Shown: in pieces, positions 27,999 through 32,000 of the stretch
How positions within the stretch are numbered: position 1 is the stretch's first letter
Layout of the letters: each line of letters begins with the position of its first letter
Origin: a virus
DNA: 32,000 nt
Direction: 5' to 3' (one strand)
IMG/VR virus record: IMGVR_UViG_3300017971_000185
Location: 288,694 to 320,693 of that record
Notes under the pieces: model-generated
The model's database searches: none
Told to the model about the DNA's origin: nothing
What the model saw: only the letters and a program-made list of their open reading frames with translations
Program-made: the position numbers and the translations under genes

Positions 27999-28427
27999 CT
28001 ACATCTGATGGCCCATCTGGGAGACCACGTTTTGGAACGATTGCTGGAGAAGGGCGTAGAGAATCTCCGCTGCGTTTTCCTTGATGAGCTTTTCGATGCG
28101 AATGCCCGCCATTTGCTTTCCGTCTTCCCAGAATTCCGTCCATTCCTCGGACTCCAGCATTTTCTTGATCTTCGCGCGTGCTTGTTCTTCTAGTACTGAG
28201 TGGACGATCTGCTGGAGTAGTGGGGGTCGTTCTCTCGCCCGCCCGTACTGATCCTGTTCGGTGTGCCTGTTGAGAAAGGTGTTGATGTGCTCTTGGAGTA
28301 CCTTTTCCCACATCTCATCGGGCATCAACTCTGCGAGATCGAGATGGATCTTGTCCTTGAGTTTTTGCGCGAGGGTCATTGCATCGTGGGAAGATTCGTC
28401 CTGGGGAGTGAGGCTGTGGTTTCCCAT
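27999..28427 (-). CDS. hypothetical protein (142 aa)
   Basis: ORF track. Helical, E/K/Q-rich. Confidence 0.65.
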   Translation of the reverse strand: MGNHSLTPQDESSHDAMTLAQKLKDKIHLDLAELMPDEMWEKVLQEHINTFLNRHTEQDQYGRARERPPLLQQIVHSVLEEQARAKIKKMLESEEWTEFWEDGKQMAGIRIEKLIKENAAEILYALLQQSFQNVVSQMGHQM

Positions 28428-28444
28428 GCAGTCTCTTTACTCCC

Positions 28445-28645
28445 CTAGCGTGGGGTTGGGAGCAACCTGCGCAACTTCATCCACCAGATGGTCCAGAACC
28501 GTAGTTTGTGGACTACCAGTCCACGTTTGTCCCGTCCTATGATTTTGGCCCAGCCCTTGTCTGTCCAGACGATGGCCCCGTCCTCGAAGAGTTTGTGGGA
28601 GGACACCGGTACTCTGAAGCGGCGTCTATGCATTCTCCTTGCCAT
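28445..28645 (-). CDS. small basic protein (66 aa), paralogue of 22423..22623
   Basis: ORF track. See the alignment under 22423..22623. Confidence 0.5.
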   Translation of the reverse strand: MARRMHRRRFRVPVSSHKLFEDGAIVWTDKGWAKIIGRDKRGLVVHKLRFWTIWWMKLRRLLPTPR

Positions 28646-28674
28646 GGTGTAGGCTGTGAGGAATGTCCGTTACC

Positions 28675-28941
28675 TCACTCGTCATCGGGATTGTCGTCGC
28701 TGTCGTCGGGCTTGTGTTCTTCCTTGCTGTCCGATGGCTCCGGGGCTGGCTCGGGGCTGGGGGTGGGCTCATCTTCAGTGTCTCGCGCCCGTGTTCTGAT
28801 CACCCGCGCTTTGGGCGGAACCAGGGGCGGACTGGCATCAAGTGAGGCTCTGCTCTTAGCTAGCCGTCCTCGAATGTAGGATCTCGGGCGAACGTTGCGG
28901 CTGTAGCTTGGGGGTCTCATGTACCCCGGCAACGCATACAC
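28675..28941 (-). CDS. hypothetical protein, basic N-terminal half and acidic P/E/D-rich tail (88 aa)
   Basis: ORF track (GTG at 28941; alternative ATG at 28920). Low-complexity. Confidence 0.4.
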   Translation of the reverse strand: MYALPGYMRPPSYSRNVRPRSYIRGRLAKSRASLDASPPLVPPKARVIRTRARDTEDEPTPSPEPAPEPSDSKEEHKPDDSDDNPDDE

Positions 28942-29567
28942 TAACTATCGTCAGGAGCCGCTGCGATGCGGTAGTTGTCGCTGTTCTTTGGCTTGTGCCT
29001 GTCGAGAAACTCCGCAAACTGTTCGCGCGTGTGTGTTCGTCCGCACTCTCGATCCCAACTACTCAACCTAGCTTGGTAATTTTTCCAGTATTGGTCGAGT
29101 TCTTCCTTGTAGCCTGGAAGATCCGAGATCTCATCTCCCTGAAGCGCTCGGACGATCATCTGCTCCCCGTGTTCGGGGAAGTAGAGGATCTCGTGTTTGG
29201 GGTGTTGCAAGATCTCCTCCAGGTTAGGCCAAGGCCACCATTGGCATGGTAGCTCTCCGCCCCAATCGTCGCTCGTGCCTCCGTTGAGCGCGAACAACCA
29301 GCTTTGGAATTCCTCCAGGTCGAATTTCACGCGAAGCTGCGAGCCGCACTCCGGGCAGTACTCGCTGTCGGCCTTCTTGCAGCAGTCGCGGTATGGCGTT
29401 GAGGACTGGAGAAGCTCATCAGCATACTTGAGGATGAATCCGTGAGCTAGATCCTGAAGGGCATCAATCCCGCGTTCGAATGGAGGACCATGGTTGTCGA
29501 AGAACAGCGTCGCCGTGTGGGCCGACTCCACGTAGCCCATGGTCATACAGATGAGATTGGTTCGCAT
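28941..29567 (-). CDS. hypothetical protein (208 aa)
   Basis: ORF track. Protein-like. Contains a CPEC motif. Confidence 0.65.
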   Translation of the reverse strand: MRTNLICMTMGYVESAHTATLFFDNHGPPFERGIDALQDLAHGFILKYADELLQSSTPYRDCCKKADSEYCPECGSQLRVKFDLEEFQSWLFALNGGTSDDWGGELPCQWWPWPNLEEILQHPKHEILYFPEHGEQMIVRALQGDEISDLPGYKEELDQYWKNYQARLSSWDRECGRTHTREQFAEFLDRHKPKNSDNYRIAAAPDDS

Positions 29568-29611
29568 AGGAGAAATCTACCCCACGCGAGCGTACCTGTG
29601 AGCCTACGAAT

Positions 29612-29839
29612 CTATGGGATGGGGCCCAGCGCCGCGGCGATCACTTCATCCACGTTGTCGTAGGAGAGGTAGAGCGCGTTGTTCTGGTAGGGTACGAGGT
29701 ACTCGGCAATCCGACTGGACACTTCCTTGACCATCCGTGCGTGTCCTCTTCGGATGTCCCAGGCCATGAGCTTGATCTCGCCCTCGGTGACAGTGAGCCC
29801 ATACTTCTGTTGAATGCCGTCGATGACCTGCTGAGACAT
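29612..29839 (-). CDS. hypothetical protein (75 aa)
   Basis: ORF track. Protein-like. Confidence 0.6.
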   Translation of the reverse strand: MSQQVIDGIQQKYGLTVTEGEIKLMAWDIRRGHARMVKEVSSRIAEYLVPYQNNALYLSYDNVDEVIAAALGPIP

Positions 29840-29846
29840 GGGGGTC

Positions 29847-30299
29847 CTAGCTGGGGGAAGGGATAGACTCGTTAGGGAAGCAGTGCTGTAGGAGCGGGAG
29901 GGGATCGATGTTGCGCTCTTTTCTCCAGATACCTACGTGAAGGTGTGAGCCTGTGGTGCGTCCCGAATCTCCCACCGATCCGATGCTCTCACCTGACTTT
30001 ACTTGTTCGCCCTTCACGACAGCTATCTGATCCAGGTGGGCATACAAGATCCTGAAGTCGCCTGACTGAATCATGACGTAATTGCCGAATCCGCGGTTTG
30101 AGGGGCGTGTGGCTGTCACTTTTCCGCCCCAGATCGCCCTCACCTCAGTGCCCTTGGGAGCCCCAATGTCCAGGCCCTTGTGCCATCTTCGGCGGTTGCT
30201 TGCGATGGGATCTCTACGCGGCCCCCAAAAAGATGTTATGTGGCCGTCTGTGGGGCAGGAAGGCAACAATTGCAGCCAAAGGAGGATTCCCAGGAACAC
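29847..30299 (-). CDS. M23 family metallopeptidase with N-terminal signal sequence (150 aa)
   Basis: WHKGLDIGAP (HxxxD) and GRTTGSHLHVGIW (HxH), with a GFGNYVMIQ core. N-terminus MFLGILLWLQLLPSC. Confidence 0.85.
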   Translation of the reverse strand: MFLGILLWLQLLPSCPTDGHITSFWGPRRDPIASNRRRWHKGLDIGAPKGTEVRAIWGGKVTATRPSNRGFGNYVMIQSGDFRILYAHLDQIAVVKGEQVKSGESIGSVGDSGRTTGSHLHVGIWRKERNIDPLPLLQHCFPNESIPSPS

Positions 30300-30364
30300 G
30301 TAATCTTCACTTTCGTCTGGAGAGGTTGTTCACTTTTACTCCCGGTTCGCGTATAAGAGCCTCA

Positions 30365-31078
30365 GTGCATTCAAACTCGCGGGACCAATATCTGCCTTTT
30401 CGGAAGGTGTACGACCTCTACAAGACGATGGTGAGGTATCCTGTGTCGGAAGGTGCGGTCCGGCGTTGGGTCAACCAAGGCAAGATACCGGCGTTCAAGC
30501 GAGGTAACCGGTGGACGTTCTGCGTCAAGGATCTCGTTCGCTACCACGTGAACAATCTGGGCCAGGGGCCTTCTTACAAGAAGGCTCCCCCGCGCACGAC
30601 GCGAATTCGGCCGGTTGCTGATCACGAGCTAGACCCGGTCGAGTGGGAGCCTCACGTCAGGAAGTTTCTCAAGGGACGTACGGTCGTGAGACCACGGCAG
30701 ATCTGCGATCTCGTTGGCGTCGCTCAGGACAGGTTGGGGCCTGAGGTTCGAAACCAGATGGATAGGGTCAAGACGCTGCTCCGGCATCTCGGATGGGAGA
30801 GGATGCCCGAACCCAAGAGCTATGACTGGTCTCCCATTGCGATCGTTCGCAAGGCCAGTGCCAAGAAGCGGGCGCCTGCTCGCACACAGAAACAGATCGA
30901 ACAACAGAAACGACAATTGGTACGCCTCCTGAAACGTGAAGGAGGAGCCTATACCGCGGACGAGCTTGCTGAGAAGATGGGGTTGACACGCATTCAGGTT
31001 CAACGTCGTCTTCTTCGTCCGCTGGTCAAGGAAGGCAAAGTCCTCTATATGGGGGCGCAACTCTACTATCACCCCTGA
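30365..31078 (+). CDS. DNA-binding protein: excisionase/MerR-type HTH N-terminus plus winged-helix-like C-terminus (start uncertain)
   Basis: ORF track 30098..31078 overlaps the M23 gene. The coding-looking part starts around GTG 30365. N-terminal motif VSEGAVRRWVNQGKIPAFKRGNRWTFCVKDLVRY. C-terminal motif YTADELAEKMGLTRIQVQRRLLRPLVKEGKV. Confidence 0.6.
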   Translation: MHSNSRDQYLPFRKVYDLYKTMVRYPVSEGAVRRWVNQGKIPAFKRGNRWTFCVKDLVRYHVNNLGQGPSYKKAPPRTTRIRPVADHELDPVEWEPHVRKFLKGRTVVRPRQICDLVGVAQDRLGPEVRNQMDRVKTLLRHLGWERMPEPKSYDWSPIAIVRKASAKKRAPARTQKQIEQQKRQLVRLLKREGGAYTADELAEKMGLTRIQVQRRLLRPLVKEGKVLYMGAQLYYHP

Positions 31079-31098
31079 CAGACACAGGAACAACAGAC

Positions 31099-32000
31099 AT
31101 GCCCAAGAAGACCAAGAAGCAAAAGACCAAGAAAAAGAAGACTTCCGCCGCGCGAGCCACCAAGGTGAGGAAGCCTCCCAAGAGGAAAACCCCCGGATTG
31201 AGCGGTGCAGAACGAGCCGCCAAGAAACGAGCCGCACGCAAGAAGTTGACTGCGGACAACCGACGCAAGAAGTACGCTAAGCGCACGACGGAGTTTGGCG
31301 CACGAATCACTCTGACTCGCGCGAAGGGTCTCCTCTCTCTGAATTATGAGGGACAGCGGAACCTCCGTCCCACCAGAGTCGATCAATTCTGTGGCATTCT
31401 CCGTCGCGGGTTGTGGATTGAGTCCGGTGAGCCCATCATCATCGACTGGTTTGGGAACCTGATCAACGGGCAGCATCGGCTGGCTGCCATCGTCAAGACC
31501 GGAATCACCGCCAAGATCGACATCACCTATGGCGTTCCGCCAAAGGCGTTTGATGTGATCGATACTGGTGCCGTGCGTGCTCTCTACGACATCCTGCCTG
31601 TGGAGTTTCCCAAGCAGGTTTCGGCGCTGTATCGCGTCTACCTGGATTTCAAGACCACCGAGGGAGCGACTTACACCAGCTTTGGTCGACGGAGTGCTTC
31701 GGCCTTCCGTGAGGATCGGACCGGAGCCATCCAGTGGGCGCAGCGGAACGAAAAGCTCTTGACCAAGATCGTCAAGACGTGTCATGTGGACAAGGACGCT
31801 CGCGCATTGCTCCGTCCTCCCGCAGTGTTTAACGCGTTCTACTTCCTCGTCGCTCGCAAGGCACCCAAGGAAGCGGACACGTTCTTCCGCACTCTGATCG
31901 ACGGCGTGGAGTTTGAGTTGAAGGGGCTCGACCCCATCTACCAGCTTCGGCAGAATCTCGTGATGTTCAACGACAAGTACAAGAACAAGCGAGGGACTGC
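31099..32000 (+). CDS. ParB-like nuclease-domain protein with Lys-rich N-terminal tail (partial, runs off the window)
   Basis: Not in the ORF track because no stop lies within the window. ATG at 31099. MPKKTKKQKTKKKKTS... followed by GLWIESGEPIIIDWFGNLINGQHRLAAIVKTG, which matches the ParB N-terminal/DGQHR-type motif. The minus ORFs here are shadows. Confidence 0.75.
   Translation, partial: MPKKTKKQKTKKKKTSAARATKVRKPPKRKTPGLSGAERAAKKRAARKKLTADNRRKKYAKRTTEFGARITLTRAKGLLSLNYEGQRNLRPTRVDQFCGILRRGLWIESGEPIIIDWFGNLINGQHRLAAIVKTGITAKIDITYGVPPKAFDVIDTGAVRALYDILPVEFPKQVSALYRVYLDFKTTEGATYTSFGRRSASAFREDRTGAIQWAQRNEKLLTKIVKTCHVDKDARALLRPPAVFNAFYFLVARKAPKEADTFFRTLIDGVEFELKGLDPIYQLRQNLVMFNDKYKNKRGT

Noticed and set aside
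30629-31785. Minus-strand ORFs 30629..31237 and 31069..31785 (202 and 238 aa)
   Set aside because: They lie opposite the HTH gene and the open-ended ParB-like gene, both of which carry recognisable motifs. The minus translations are low-complexity (S/R/L/G).
1-32000. Stop-codon reassignment, prompted by phage-encoded odd tRNAs
   Set aside because: The recognisable genes (sigma, J-domain, spermidine-synthase-like, M23, ParB-like) all read through with standard stops and contain no in-frame TAG, TGA or TAA. The apparent breaks at 878 and 2840 require frame changes, not readthrough.

Overview
This is a GC-rich, very gene-dense 32-kb window. It consists almost entirely of short ORFs (about 30-330 aa) of unknown function, arranged in alternating-strand blocks. 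Genes within a block are often chained by 4-nt ATGA/GTGA start-stop overlaps, for example the 10-ORF minus-strand chain at 12551-16121. I see no rRNA, CRISPR array, transposase, integrase, virion structural gene or core housekeeping gene. The content looks like an accessory or early region of a large (pro)phage or similar mobile element. That is an inference from gene content, not a demonstrated fact.

Recognisable products:
- an ECF-like sigma-70 factor with a long N-terminal extension (5107-6234)
- a C-terminal J-domain protein with an HPD motif (8056-8595)
- a protein with two DnaJ-type CxxCxGxG zinc fingers (4026-4412)
- a spermidine-synthase-like enzyme (26867-27796)
- an M23 peptidase (29847-30299)
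- a PTH2-like peptidyl-tRNA hydrolase (21700-21996)
- an excisionase-type HTH protein (30365-31078)
- a ParB-like nuclease-domain protein that runs off the window end and is absent from the ORF track (31099-32000)
- a decayed copy of that ParB-like gene (7413-7609)
- an orphan middle fragment of a DNA methyltransferase (16366-16650)
- at least 11 small double-CxxC zinc-ribbon proteins

RNA genes: tRNA(CAT), tRNA-Val(GAC) and tRNA-Arg(CCG) form a plus-strand cluster at 24999-25817. There are also two non-canonical tRNA-like elements, at 25088-25195 and at 22014-22088 (minus strand).

Most notable findings:
1. Five proteins share only a ~27-aa N-terminal module (LRK..IKLAH.NPG..R..LLPLL). Three of them sit in tandem.
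2. A 0.9-kb AT-richer island carries 17 copies of GAGTTT/AAACTC. It runs into the 5' half of the sigma gene, where Lys codon usage switches abruptly.
3. A perfect 74-bp direct repeat brackets a 3.7-kb segment.
4. The tRNA-like elements listed above are aberrant.
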